From contig JAOZPT010000002.1 in NCBI GenBank assembly GCA_029932605.1, forward strand, positions 35,739-99,738: a stretch of 64,000 bases of DNA, given 5' to 3'. The first letter of the stretch is position 1, and each line of letters starts with the position of its first letter. Below the pieces are notes generated by a model. It worked only from the letters and a program-made list of their open reading frames with translations. It searched no databases and was not told where the DNA came from. The translations under genes were made by a program, and so were the position numbers. Positions 40,023-50,285 of the stretch are shown here, piece after piece. This stretch comes from Candidatus Zixiibacteriota bacterium. GTDB taxonomy: Bacteria > Zixibacteria > MSB-5A5 > UBA10806 > 4484-95.

Positions 40023-42296
40023 ATGAATAAAGACCCTCTTGAGGGATTGAATCCTCCCCAAATGGAAGCTGTTTGTCATATTCGGGGACCTTTATTAGTA
40101 TTGGCAGGAGCTGGCTCGGGCAAAACAAAAGTAATAACTCATCGCATCGCCTATCTTGTTGCCAAACAAGTTGTCGACGCTGATCAAATTCTGGGTGTAA
40201 CCTTTACCAATAAAGCCGCCAACGAGATGAAGCAACGGGTGATAAATTTGTTAGGCCCAGCAGGACACCTGGTAACTCTTTGTACATTTCATTCATTTTG
40301 CGCAAGGCTTCTTCGCCAGCATGTCCCGTTGATTGGATACAACCGAAAATTCTCCATCTATGATGAAGCCGACAGCCTGGCTCTTATAAAACGTATCATC
40401 AAGTCCCTGGGAATACCAGAGAACCAACCCTCGCCGGAGTCTGCGCTAAACCTGATCTCCCAAGCCAAGGACAGGCTTATTTCTGCTGACACCTTTCTTA
40501 AGACATCAGACGATTACATTAAACAAAATACCGCCCGAATTTATGCAGAGTATCAACATCAATTAAAACAAAACAATGCCTTAGATTTTGATGATTTGCT
40601 TTTTACTACAGTGATATTGTTTGAAAAATTTCCACATTTGCTTTCCCAATATCAAAAAAAATTTCCATACCTTTTGGTAGATGAATATCAGGATACCAAC
40701 TATGCCCAGTATCAGTTGGTTATGCTTTTAGGAAGTAAAAATAAAAATATCTGTGTGGTTGGCGATGATGACCAATCAATTTATGGTTGGCGTGGCGCCG
40801 ATATCAACAATATACTGAATTTCGAGACGGATTTTCCTGATTGCAAAGTCATAAAATTAGAGCAGAACTATCGCTCAACCAAAACCATCCTTGATGCCGC
40901 TCATGGAATTGTTATTAAAAACGAAAACCGCAAACCGAAAAAGCTTTTCACCGTTCGGCCTGGTGGTGATAAAATAACTTTAATGCTATGCGGTGATGAC
41001 CGTGAAGAGGCTGGCGCAATCGTTGATAAGATAAAATTTGGACTCTCTTCCGGTAAAAAACTCACCGACCATGCTATTTTGTACCGTACTCATGCCCAGT
41101 CACGCGCCTTGGAGGATGCTCTTCGTGATGCCGGGATACCCTATGTTATCGTTGGCGGATTGCGATTTTACGACCGTTTGGAGATTAAAGATATAATCGC
41201 TTATCTGAGGCTTTTAGTTAACCCGGACGATACTGGGTCGCTTTTGCGAATTATCAATAAACCCAAACGAGGAGTTGGCAAAAAAACTATAGAAAAAATT
41301 TTAAACCAAGCTGTAAAAACAGGTGTTCCCGCATTTGAAGTTTTATCCAAACCCGAAGATGCAGGTATAAAAGGTAAATCAGCCGCAGAACTGACAAAGT
41401 TTTATAAAACGCTGAAAAATTTGTCTGTTGAGGTCAATGAGCTTACACCGGACGAGATTGCCATCAGACTTGTCAAACAGATAGGCTACGTAAAAATGCT
41501 CCAACAGGAAAATTCTGCCGAGGCCGATGTCCGCATTGATAATATCGGAGAGCTAATCAATGGCATAATCGTTTATATGGAAAAAGTAAAGGAAGAACAT
41601 GAAGATAGACAACCGACACTACAGGGATTTTTAGAGGAGGTTTCATTAATAACAGATGTCGATATATGGAACGAGGATGACGAGGCTGTGGTGCTTATGA
41701 CCCTTCATTCCGCAAAAGGATTAGAGTTTGATATTGTCTTTATGACCGGAATGGAACAGGGGTTATTCCCACTTCTGAGAAATTCACTTGGCCATTCATT
41801 GGTTAAGGATATGGAGGAAGAACGTAGGCTATGTTATGTGGGAATCACCAGAGCCAAAAGCAAACTACATCTTTCAATGGCTGGCTACCGAAGGCGTTTC
41901 GATGGACCAAATATTACAAGACCTTCGGAATTTCTGATGGATATACCCGAAAACCTGGTCGATGTTGAACGATATAGTTATTATAACACGAGTTTCGCTG
42001 GTAAAAATCTTAGCCTCTCAAACTCTCGTTTATCGAGAAGAGACAAACATCAATCAACCACTGACCGGTTAAGACAATCTAACACATATCAGAATGAAAT
42101 TTATCATAATGATGAAGAAGCACTTGATAGATTGCTCCAGGTGGGAATGATGATATCGCATAGCAAGTTTGGTGTAGGTAAGATTATCGATAAAGAAGGT
42201 AATGGAGAGGATATGATATTGACAATCCGTTTCGGTTCGGATGTCAAGAGGATAATGCCTAAATATGTGGGGCTGGAGGTGCTTGGTTACAACTAG
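40023..42296 (+). CDS. uvrD: ATP-dependent DNA helicase, UvrD/PcrA/Rep family
   Basis: Seen in sequence: helicase motif I (LVLAGAGSGKTKVITHRIAYL), motif II (LLVDEYQDTN), further SF1 motifs, and a C-terminal UvrD_C domain. 757 aa. Confidence 0.9.
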   Translation: MNKDPLEGLNPPQMEAVCHIRGPLLVLAGAGSGKTKVITHRIAYLVAKQVVDADQILGVTFTNKAANEMKQRVINLLGPAGHLVTLCTFHSFCARLLRQHVPLIGYNRKFSIYDEADSLALIKRIIKSLGIPENQPSPESALNLISQAKDRLISADTFLKTSDDYIKQNTARIYAEYQHQLKQNNALDFDDLLFTTVILFEKFPHLLSQYQKKFPYLLVDEYQDTNYAQYQLVMLLGSKNKNICVVGDDDQSIYGWRGADINNILNFETDFPDCKVIKLEQNYRSTKTILDAAHGIVIKNENRKPKKLFTVRPGGDKITLMLCGDDREEAGAIVDKIKFGLSSGKKLTDHAILYRTHAQSRALEDALRDAGIPYVIVGGLRFYDRLEIKDIIAYLRLLVNPDDTGSLLRIINKPKRGVGKKTIEKILNQAVKTGVPAFEVLSKPEDAGIKGKSAAELTKFYKTLKNLSVEVNELTPDEIAIRLVKQIGYVKMLQQENSAEADVRIDNIGELINGIIVYMEKVKEEHEDRQPTLQGFLEEVSLITDVDIWNEDDEAVVLMTLHSAKGLEFDIVFMTGMEQGLFPLLRNSLGHSLVKDMEEERRLCYVGITRAKSKLHLSMAGYRRRFDGPNITRPSEFLMDIPENLVDVERYSYYNTSFAGKNLSLSNSRLSRRDKHQSTTDRLRQSNTYQNEIYHNDEEALDRLLQVGMMISHSKFGVGKIIDKEGNGEDMILTIRFGSDVKRIMPKYVGLEVLGYN

Positions 42297-42347
42297 GCAT
42301 TTTAAAGTGACTTACAGTATTCTTGCTGAATATTTTCTTTATTGCCT

Positions 42348-43616
42348 TTATTTCAACAACATCATCTTGCGAAAGATGGCCTGGTCAGGGGTTTTAAGAC
42401 TGTAAATATATAAACCCGAGGAAACCTTATCGCCATTTTTATCCGTGCCATCCCACCAGAGCGATCGACGATAATTAACTGAACCATCAAATAAAACCTT
42501 AACCAGTTTGCCGACAATATCGTAAATTTCGATCCGGGCATATCCCGGCTTTTCAAGGATAAACTCGATTAACGTTCGGTTGTTAAATGGATTTGGGTAA
42601 TTTTGATAAAGAGTAGTCGATGAAGGTATAAGGGGTTGATTGTCAAAGACACCGGATGAAAAATCATAAATATAAATGCCATCTTCAGTGCCGGCAAAGA
42701 GTCTACCGTTGGCATCAATTTCAAGACTGTAAACATTGAGGTTATCTAAGCTGTCGTTAAAGGGTGAAAAAGTGGCACCTGCATCTGTAGAGATAAGCAC
42801 TCCACCGTTGGAAACTGACCCTACAAATAACCTGCCAGCAATCTGCGGGTCACAGGCAATTGGTACATTATCAACAGTGCTTGTGGGTGTATATTCCCAA
42901 TCCAGACCGCCGTTGAAGGATATAGCTACATAAGCATAGCATGAAACATAAAGGGTCTCCGGACCGTTGGGTTCATACTCGATTCTGTTAGGGTTGTAAT
43001 CCTCAAGGTTAAAAAGCCCCCCTATATCTTCCCAGCTGTTGGCGAAATCGGTTGTATGAGCTACAAAGGTTTCACCCACTGCGTAAGCCTCTAATTGATT
43101 GGTGCCATCACCTTTAATATCGATGATGTTCAGGTCGGGAAGACCTATATTAGCGCTTGAGTAGGTTTGAAAACTATCCTGTGATTTCAGTATACCATCC
43201 TCGAAACAGATATACATGAAACCAGGGTTGACCGGGTCAAACCCCAGACGGCGAGGATTTAACATATAACTTCTTGGCCACCAACCATTACCGTTATCAA
43301 TCGAATAATGGATCCCATCCGACCATGAACCACCAGCTAAAAGTGCCCATAGTGTATCATTATCATGAGGGTCGTAAGATAAAAACGGAACGTTGAGATT
43401 AACAAATTGACGATCCCAGGATTGACCGCTGTTGAAGCTTACAAATAATCCACTATCTGTTCCAGCGCAGATATATTGAGGATTAATAGGGTCGATCTCT
43501 ATGGACAATACCCGCATATCGGAAAGCCCCAGAAACTCCCAGTAGTTAGCACTGGCAGAGACCGCCAGTAAAGCTATTAATAAAACAACTATTAATATAG
43601 TTTTTCTGATCATCAC
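42348..43616 (-). CDS. BNR/Asp-box repeat beta-propeller protein with a T9SS C-terminal sorting domain
   Basis: Seen in sequence: signal peptide, repeated S-x-D-x-G-x-x-W/F Asp-box motifs (FNSGQSW, SIDNGNGW, TDFANSW, SFNGGLDW, STDAGATF). The C-terminal YQNYPNPFNNRTLIEF...SGLYIYSLKT block matches the T9SS CTD. Confidence 0.7.
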   Translation of the reverse strand: MMIRKTILIVVLLIALLAVSASANYWEFLGLSDMRVLSIEIDPINPQYICAGTDSGLFVSFNSGQSWDRQFVNLNVPFLSYDPHDNDTLWALLAGGSWSDGIHYSIDNGNGWWPRSYMLNPRRLGFDPVNPGFMYICFEDGILKSQDSFQTYSSANIGLPDLNIIDIKGDGTNQLEAYAVGETFVAHTTDFANSWEDIGGLFNLEDYNPNRIEYEPNGPETLYVSCYAYVAISFNGGLDWEYTPTSTVDNVPIACDPQIAGRLFVGSVSNGGVLISTDAGATFSPFNDSLDNLNVYSLEIDANGRLFAGTEDGIYIYDFSSGVFDNQPLIPSSTTLYQNYPNPFNNRTLIEFILEKPGYARIEIYDIVGKLVKVLFDGSVNYRRSLWWDGTDKNGDKVSSGLYIYSLKTPDQAIFRKMMLLK

Positions 43617-43868
43617 TTCTGACCTCCTTATTTGCCTGTTCTATAAAAGCTTAAAAGTTACATCATTTTAAAAATAACGTCTCTTTATCCATTATAGATA
43701 TCCTTGTTTTAGTATAATAAATTCTTTTTTATTATCAATAATTTTTTATAACACAATGAGTTGCATTTAGGTTTTGTAGGTAAACTTTACATTATCACGG
43801 GCTTAGAAGGATGCAATTTCTTATATTGCACTTTTATTAAAAACATTTATGGCGAATATACATTCAGC

Positions 43869-45035
43869 CTAGAACGATTCAAATACAACAATTTCCTCAA
43901 GACTCTTTTTATGAGGTGTATCAGGCCAGTGCTCAGGTATCCCGATTGGTGTAAAACAAATCAATTTATATCGATCAGGTATTCCGAAAAATAGCTTCAT
44001 ATTTTTTTCAGGGAAAAATGTAGTAAAAAACCCTGTGCCATAACCCAAAGACCTGGCCTCAATCATCAAATAACCGGCTGCCAATGTTCCGTCATACATA
44101 ACATATTCAGGATATTCTGCCTTGGAATCGACTAAAACCGCAATATATACTGGTGCTGATAGTATATCATTTAATTTGTTTTTAATGGCTTTACCTGTAT
44201 TTTCAAGCTCTTTCCGGTTTGGTTGTTTTTCATTTTTATATGATTCAATATACCATTGAACGGCTTCATCTTTTAATTTGCTAAGCTTTCTTTTATCCTG
44301 AATGACTAAAAATTTCCAGGGTTGTTGATTGCCAGCCGTTGGTGCATAACGGGCAGCATCAAGAATTTTCAAAATATGCTCCCGCGGTACAGGATTTGAT
44401 TTAAATTTTCTGACCGTTCGGCGTTTTTTTATCATATCGAAAAGATAAACCTGTTGCCAATCGTATCTTATTTCATCACCATCATCGGTGAGGTAACGGC
44501 CTATAGGAGTGCAAACATCAGCCACAACCTTCCACATCCCATTCTCCTTATGGAAAATAAGAGTGAAATAGGAATCGAGAAGATATGTTTTGCCCTCGGG
44601 GGTTTTGCTCCTGTAATGGAAAATTGCATTAGTATAACCATATTCATTTCCCTGCCGGACCTTTAATAATTCAACAGGCATCTCCCAATCTCTCTCTTTA
44701 AACCACTCTTTGTGAAAATCGTAATAACCTTTTCGATCGATTAATTTTCCGTTAGCTGTGAGAAAGAAAAAATCGTCGCTATCGGTTACGGTTGTAAAGA
44801 GCCCCTCGAGGTTTGAATTTTGAACTGCCTTAACATATAAATTGAAAGTTTCTTTTATTGAAAGACCGGATTGATTTCTTATGGATGTATTACCAGAATA
44901 ACTGGCAGTAACCGATGAAAATAAAAATACAAAACAGAATAACAATATTTTCAGGCTGATATTATCCGTTAAGGTTGAGTAATGAAACTGCGTTTGATTA
45001 AATATAGAACCTGATATGTAAGTAACCATAACCAT
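43869..45035 (-). CDS. Fusion of a SnoaL/NTF2-like (DUF4440-like) domain and a nitroreductase-family domain, secreted or anchored
   Basis: Seen in sequence: a hydrophobic N-terminal segment, an NTF2-like region, then nitroreductase hallmarks (RRTVRKFKSNPVPREHILKILDAARYAPTAGNQQPWKF). The start codon is uncertain. Confidence 0.65.
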   Translation of the reverse strand: MVMVTYISGSIFNQTQFHYSTLTDNISLKILLFCFVFLFSSVTASYSGNTSIRNQSGLSIKETFNLYVKAVQNSNLEGLFTTVTDSDDFFFLTANGKLIDRKGYYDFHKEWFKERDWEMPVELLKVRQGNEYGYTNAIFHYRSKTPEGKTYLLDSYFTLIFHKENGMWKVVADVCTPIGRYLTDDGDEIRYDWQQVYLFDMIKKRRTVRKFKSNPVPREHILKILDAARYAPTAGNQQPWKFLVIQDKRKLSKLKDEAVQWYIESYKNEKQPNRKELENTGKAIKNKLNDILSAPVYIAVLVDSKAEYPEYVMYDGTLAAGYLMIEARSLGYGTGFFTTFFPEKNMKLFFGIPDRYKLICFTPIGIPEHWPDTPHKKSLEEIVVFESF

Positions 45036-45100
45036 ATTTAAACCTCCTTAAAAAAATGTTGATATTACTTATATTATTAAATTTCAGGTTCATTGTTTTT

Positions 45101-45865
45101 TTAGTAGCCCTCTAAATCTGGTGAACTTTTAATATTAATCGCCTCCACTATTAAAAGAGGATCACCCTGTTTGTAACGGGTAAAATCGTAATTAGCAAAT
45201 TCTTTTGTCAGCTGAAAACCGGTTTTTTTTAGCAAGTCGTGAATATTATTTCTGTTGATTATGCCAACAAGAGAATGTTCTTCAATTCTATCTACAAGTT
45301 TACCATGGATATATTTTTCAAAAACAAGGATTGTTTCTCGTTTTTTATTGGAGAGAATTTTTCCACCTACATAACGACGATATTCTGTTTCACCTTCTGT
45401 AACCTTTCCCGAAGGAGATAACGGAGAATCTTTCATCATTCCCAAAAAGACATCAAAAATGAGTTTACTGTTTGGCCGCAAATGTTTACCGATGTTGGAA
45501 AGTGCTAAAAACCGTTCTCTGTCATCCAGCAAGTGATCAAAACATCCGGAAAGAAATGCAGCCGGGAAAGTTCTATTCAATTTAAAAGATATAGCGTTGC
45601 TGTCTATCAGCATAATATTTGCTAATAGTTTTTTTCTTTTTGATATTTTCCTGATAAATTCCTTTCTCATGGCTGGGGATGGTTCAATACAGAAAACCTT
45701 TATACCTTTCTCTGCCAGAGGGATTGCGATGCGACCGGTTCCTGCTCCGATATCAAGAATTTCACCTGATTCAGAAGCGTAATGATAAAAGAATTCGATG
45801 TTTTCTTTGGTATCGAATAGATCATACAGGTGAGCGCACTTTTCATATCCTTTATTGAGAGTCAT
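45101..45865 (-). CDS. Class I SAM-dependent methyltransferase
   Basis: Seen in sequence: motif I (ILDIGAGTGRIAIPLAEKG) and motif II/post-I acidic residues. 254 aa. Confidence 0.75.
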   Translation of the reverse strand: MTLNKGYEKCAHLYDLFDTKENIEFFYHYASESGEILDIGAGTGRIAIPLAEKGIKVFCIEPSPAMRKEFIRKISKRKKLLANIMLIDSNAISFKLNRTFPAAFLSGCFDHLLDDRERFLALSNIGKHLRPNSKLIFDVFLGMMKDSPLSPSGKVTEGETEYRRYVGGKILSNKKRETILVFEKYIHGKLVDRIEEHSLVGIINRNNIHDLLKKTGFQLTKEFANYDFTRYKQGDPLLIVEAINIKSSPDLEGY

Positions 45866-45870
45866 ATGTT

Positions 45871-46254
45871 CTAACGGGGTGCACAGGCGCTTAAATATTT
45901 TCCCCAGTTGACCTGAGTGATCTGAAGGATATTACCATCAGGATCTGTGAGAGTTGTCATACGAGCGCCCCATTGAGTATCCTTTGGGGCCTCTGTGAAA
46001 TACGCTCCTTTTTCTTTCAGGTAATTATAGGATTTATCAATATCATCTACAATGAAATTGATGCAAGGCTCACCTTTGCGGGGCTTTTCAAGTTCACCCC
46101 AGGTTTTCAATCCAATTTCAACACCTCCGCAATCGAATCCCGCATAATCCCTAAACTCGTATTTCTTTTGCAAACCGAGTATGTTCTCATAAAAACTCAC
46201 CGCTCTTCCAAGGTCAGATACCGTTAGTGTAATATCCCAGATTCTTTTAATCAT
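45871..46254 (-). CDS. VOC (glyoxalase/bleomycin-resistance/dioxygenase) family protein
   Basis: Seen in sequence: 127 aa. A betaalphabetabetabeta module N-terminus (ITLTVSDLGRAVSFYENILGL) typical of the VOC family. Confidence 0.65.
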   Translation of the reverse strand: MIKRIWDITLTVSDLGRAVSFYENILGLQKKYEFRDYAGFDCGGVEIGLKTWGELEKPRKGEPCINFIVDDIDKSYNYLKEKGAYFTEAPKDTQWGARMTTLTDPDGNILQITQVNWGKYLSACAPR

Positions 46255-46272
46255 GATTTAAATCTCCTTGTT

Positions 46273-46830
46273 TTAATGTTGATAATCCATTCGCTGGCGT
46301 ATTTTTTCCATAGCTTCTTTACCTGCCAGTTTTTCACATAGATATAGACCCAGATCGATAGCTGAGGTAACACCCCCGGCGGTGATTAAATCACCATCGT
46401 CGACAATTCTTTGGTTAACGATAAAGTCGCAATATTTTTTAAGTTCATTCTGTGCCAGAGGATGGGTAGTTGCCTTTCTACCATTCAGGAAACCAGCTGC
46501 TCCCAATAGCAGAGACCCGGTACATACAGAAACCTTGAACCTACATCCTCGAGCAGTCTTAAGCCATTTCAGAAATTCAGTATCGTCAATCAGGTTTCTT
46601 GAACCAGGACCACCAGGCACTATGACCATATCATAGCCTCTAAGTGAATCAACCACTTTAGTCGGTCCTAAACTTAGGCCGGTACTATCAGTTACCTTCC
46701 TGAAAGTCGAACAAACATCCCAGTGCAAATCTTTAATAAAGTTCATGGTTTTGAGCCGAACCACTGAATCATAAACTCCAATGAAATCCAGAGTGGTCAT
46801 ACCGTTGTAGATAATAAAAGCTATTCTCAA
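46273..46830 (-). CDS. DJ-1/PfpI family protein
   Basis: Seen in sequence: MRIAFIIYNGMTTLDFIGVYD... and a nucleophile-elbow Cys context (VCTGSLLLGAAGFL). 185 aa. Confidence 0.8.
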   Translation of the reverse strand: MRIAFIIYNGMTTLDFIGVYDSVVRLKTMNFIKDLHWDVCSTFRKVTDSTGLSLGPTKVVDSLRGYDMVIVPGGPGSRNLIDDTEFLKWLKTARGCRFKVSVCTGSLLLGAAGFLNGRKATTHPLAQNELKKYCDFIVNQRIVDDGDLITAGGVTSAIDLGLYLCEKLAGKEAMEKIRQRMDYQH

Positions 46831-47075
46831 TTTATCCTCTCTGATATGTTTTCCTTTTCTTTAATGATACATGAAACCCAAAAATTCATATTTCCGATTT
46901 AGATTTACGAAAATATAATTGTCAAAGTTGCTTTAATTTTAAGTTAGAGAAGATAATATAGTTGTTAGTTATGGCATTATATTAACGAAAGCTTTATGAG
47001 AACGAATAAATAATTTTAGAAGAGTTATTTCATTTTGATGTTTATCCAGGAACATTTTGAGATTCCAACGTTCAT

Positions 47076-47105
47076 AAAAAAACTCCCGGCCGAGATGACC
47101 GGGAG
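47076..47105 (-). terminator. Rho-independent terminator after the outer-membrane barrel gene
   Basis: Seen in sequence: a perfect 7-bp stem, ctcccgg-ccgagatga-ccgggag (47083-47105), followed on the minus strand by a U7 run (complement of 47076-47082). It lies ~25 nt downstream of the stop at 47130. Confidence 0.65.
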
Positions 47106-47129
47106 TGGTTACGTCACTTATTTTATGGC

Positions 47130-47951
47130 CTAAAGCCCATAGGTCACGCGAGCACCAATATCGATGGTCTGAAGTGTATTTGTTCCACCAAGATTGTACA
47201 GCATTTTAAATTTTAGACCAACATCCGGGTTGATCTGGTAACAGAATGAAGGACCAAGTTTATACCATTGCTCTTTGGTGTCGGGCAAACTATTGCTGTC
47301 CCATTTCCAATCCTGACCGAAACCCGATTCAAATTCTAAAGAGGCACGGTAGTCTTTGTTAAACCAATATCCGAAAGCACAATTAAACCATATCTCGTCA
47401 CCTGGTTTTAGGTTGGTGTCGCTGTTTTCCAGTCTGAGGTTGTAGTAGATCGAAGTCTGTATATGATAGGGATTTTTATACCAGGTATAAGCAAAACCTG
47501 GACGAATATTTACCTGGCCTGTGCCAAGACCCTTATTATCATCACCTGTTGGCAGATCAGACCAGAACCACATCGATAGATAATTACCCTTATTGTAATC
47601 GTCTATAATCCAGTATGCTGCTGAAATCTGGATATCGCCAAAACCACTTTCAGAATTTCCCGAGCCTTGGCTGTATGACATAAACGGCATTACAACACTA
47701 ACAGACCAACGATGGTCGTTAAACATGCTATAGTAGGTCGGTCTCAACATGAAGCCAAAACCGTTCCAGGTGTCACTGAATTCTTGCTTATCGCCATTCT
47801 GATCATAGTAATTTGAAGCGGTTGAGAATCCAGGATAACCCTGGATATAAACACCGACAGAATAGGGCTCATTATCAAAATCATCAACATCAGCGAAAGC
47901 TGAACCGACAAGCAAAATAACACCTAACGCTGCTAAAATTAAAATTCTCAT
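47130..47951 (-). CDS. Outer-membrane beta-barrel protein (MetA-pathway/transporter-like family)
   Basis: Seen in sequence: signal peptide, aromatic-rich alternating beta-strand pattern, C-terminal -VTYGL. 273 aa. The family call is an inference. Confidence 0.5.
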   Translation of the reverse strand: MRILILAALGVILLVGSAFADVDDFDNEPYSVGVYIQGYPGFSTASNYYDQNGDKQEFSDTWNGFGFMLRPTYYSMFNDHRWSVSVVMPFMSYSQGSGNSESGFGDIQISAAYWIIDDYNKGNYLSMWFWSDLPTGDDNKGLGTGQVNIRPGFAYTWYKNPYHIQTSIYYNLRLENSDTNLKPGDEIWFNCAFGYWFNKDYRASLEFESGFGQDWKWDSNSLPDTKEQWYKLGPSFCYQINPDVGLKFKMLYNLGGTNTLQTIDIGARVTYGL

Positions 47952-48480
47952 TTTATTTCCTCCATCAATTTATTGATGCGATCAATATCTTTTTGTATTG
48001 AAATGATTCAAACTTGGATATAAGCTTTTAGGGCATTATCACCTCCTTGTGACCCATTGGGTATCTTGTATATGGTTAACTGGTCATCTATAAATGTATT
48101 ATCGATGTTTTTAATAATAAATTTACAATATTTAAATAAATAATAACCAAATAAACCTTAAAAGTCAGTATAACTGTCACAACTAATTATTTTGCAAAAT
48201 GATACAGTGATAATAACAATGTAAGGCAAGCCTAAATTTTTTTGTTAACCTTTTGTTTTTATTCAGGTTATGTTTTTTTTCGATATTTTAGGAAGATGTT
48301 TTCAAGGAAAAATGGTGTTTAAAAATGAAAAGGTCAAATATTTTTCAATAAAGTACCCCACAGTAAATATAATACACTAGCCTTACAATAAAATAAAAAG
48401 AGTAATTAAGGTGTTACAGTTCGTTAAATTTCGGTTTTGTTGCTCATCAAGGTATTTTTTAGTTTTATCTATTTTGCAGA

Positions 48481-48514
48481 AAATAAAAAAAGGCGCTCCT
48501 GAATGAAGAGCACC
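48481..48514 (-). terminator. Intrinsic terminator for the small basic protein gene
   Basis: Seen in sequence: on the minus strand, stem ggugcuc-uucauucag-gagcgcc (one G-U pair), then UUUUUUUAUUUU (complement of 48481-48491). Confidence 0.5.
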
Positions 48515-48523
48515 TTAGAATGG

Positions 48524-48649
48524 TCACCTTTTCTTTTTGTGGAGGTGACAATACTTTGCAGGTGGTGTTACCATACGTTTACATCTTTTCCCCGTCGATG
48601 TCTTTCCTGCACAACGGACTTTTCTCCTGGGCTTCTTTTTAGTTGGCAT
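48524..48649 (-). CDS. Small basic Cys/His-rich protein (41 aa; putative zinc-ribbon-like), MPTKKKPRRKVRCAGKTSTGKRCKRMVTPPAKYCHLHKKKR
   Basis: Seen in sequence: ATG preceded by a perfect AAGGAGG SD with a 6-nt spacer. Cysteine/histidine pattern C-x9-C-x10-CH-x-H. An upstream promoter and downstream terminator were identified. Below the ORF-track length cutoff. Confidence 0.55.
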   Translation of the reverse strand: MPTKKKPRRKVRCAGKTSTGKRCKRMVTPPAKYCHLHKKKR

Positions 48650-48701
48650 TTAACCCCTCCTTAAGTTAAATGATGCCTCAGAATCCTCTGCCATTCTGTT
48701 T

Positions 48702-48728
48702 TTTATATCAAATACAATTTTATGTCAA
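48702..48728 (-). promoter_or_regulatory. Sigma70-like promoter (TTGACA-15/17-TATAAA) for the small basic protein gene. The ~50-nt 5'UTR carries a cagaau/auucug hairpin
   Basis: Seen in sequence: minus-strand TTGACA (complement of 48723-48728) and TATAAA (complement of 48702-48707). The 5'UTR cagaauggcagaggauucug forms a 6-bp stem. Confidence 0.4.
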
Positions 48729-49206
48729 CAATAAAAAAATTTTTTACATATATTTTTTCATGGTTTTACCGGTTAATCACTTTCGGTCTTTTTAAGAACT
48801 TAAAAGTCGTAAAGAACTATCTCCCCGAATATCGATAAATTTATACTAATTTTAACCAAAAGATAGGTTACCTTTTTAAGATTGATTCAATATCAAATAT
48901 CGCTTCTATAAATTCCTTCAGTTAACCCGACTGAAATAAAAATACCAAAAGTAATGATGAATCTATTAAAAACGTCCTGCTTTTATAGATGTGACATAAT
49001 TGGAATACTTAACGCAAAATACTGGGCAGTACTGAGGATTCATCATGACAAAAAAGAATATTAGCATTAATTACATAAAATTGATATATTATTTACGTGA
49101 ATGGCTCAAGTTGTCATGTGCCATTTAGTTTTCATTTAACATCGTGTAACCCCCGGAAGTATTCTGTGCAGGAAATATCCTGTTAAAAACATAATCTTAG
49201 CAAAAC

Positions 49207-49236
49207 TTGACATTTCCTCACAACAATATGTATTTT
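49207..49236 (+). promoter_or_regulatory. Putative sigma70-like promoter for the moxR/Bat operon
   Basis: Seen in sequence: TTGACA (49207-49212), an 18-nt spacer and TATTTT (49231-49236), ~65 nt upstream of the moxR ATG with GGAGG SD. Confidence 0.35.
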
Positions 49237-49301
49237 GTTTTTTGTCGATGGGAACATCAGGCACAAAAAATATGTAAAAACTTGAAAAAATCGGAGGTTT
49301 A

Positions 49302-50282
49302 ATGGATCCACAGATAGAGGAAATTCAAAAAGTTGTTGACAGACAGGGAGCTTTTGTTAGACGGCTGACAGATGAGATTGGCCTGGTTATTGTTGGCCAG
49401 AAGTATATGGTGGAAAGGCTTCTAATTGGCCTTTTAGCCGACGGCCATATCTTAATCGAAGGTGTACCGGGGTTAGCTAAAACTCTGTCAGCTAAGACCC
49501 TTTCTGATGCTGTGCAAACCACCTTCAAACGTATTCAGTTTACACCTGATTTATTACCAGGTGATTTAACCGGCACCATGGTTTACCAGAACGGTAAATT
49601 CATAGCTCGCAAAGGTCCAATTTTTGCCAATTTTATTTTGGCCGACGAGATAAACCGTGCTCCAGCTAAAGTCCAATCGGCATTACTTGAAGCCATGCAG
49701 GAACGTCAGGTCACAATTGGAGACCAAACATATCAATTGCCCAAACCTTTTCTTGTATTAGCCACACAGAACCCTATTGAGCAGGAAGGGACCTATCCGT
49801 TGCCGGAAGCTCAAGTTGACAGGTTCATGCTCAAACTGAAGATCGATTACCCTGACCGTGATGAGGAATTGAAAATCCAGGAGCGTATGGCTGTTAAGGA
49901 TGTGCCACACATAACCCCTGTCATCACCCCCGAGGAAATTTTGGCAGCCAGAGAGGCTGTTTATAATATCTACATAGATGAAAAGGTGAAAAACTATATC
50001 GTCGATATAGTAATGGCCAGCCGTAACCCCAAAAAGTATAATATCGACATAGAGGATTTAATTGCTTATGGAGCCTCACCGAGGGCTACGATTTATCTTA
50101 ATATTGCAGGACGAGCTCATGCCTTTTTACAGGGCCGGGCATATGTAACACCAGATGACATCAAACTGATCGGCCCAGATATTCTTCGCCACCGAATCAT
50201 ACTAAGTTATGAGGCTGAAGCGGAGGAACTAACCTCCGATGATATTGTGCAGAAAATCTTTGACGGTGTTGAAGTTCCTTAG
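49302..50282 (+). CDS. moxR: MoxR-family AAA+ ATPase
   Basis: Seen in sequence: Walker A (GVPGLAKT), Walker B (ILADEINRA) and sensor regions. 326 aa. Confidence 0.9.
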   Translation: MDPQIEEIQKVVDRQGAFVRRLTDEIGLVIVGQKYMVERLLIGLLADGHILIEGVPGLAKTLSAKTLSDAVQTTFKRIQFTPDLLPGDLTGTMVYQNGKFIARKGPIFANFILADEINRAPAKVQSALLEAMQERQVTIGDQTYQLPKPFLVLATQNPIEQEGTYPLPEAQVDRFMLKLKIDYPDRDEELKIQERMAVKDVPHITPVITPEEILAAREAVYNIYIDEKVKNYIVDIVMASRNPKKYNIDIEDLIAYGASPRATIYLNIAGRAHAFLQGRAYVTPDDIKLIGPDILRHRIILSYEAEAEELTSDDIVQKIFDGVEVP

Positions 50283-50285
50283 CAT

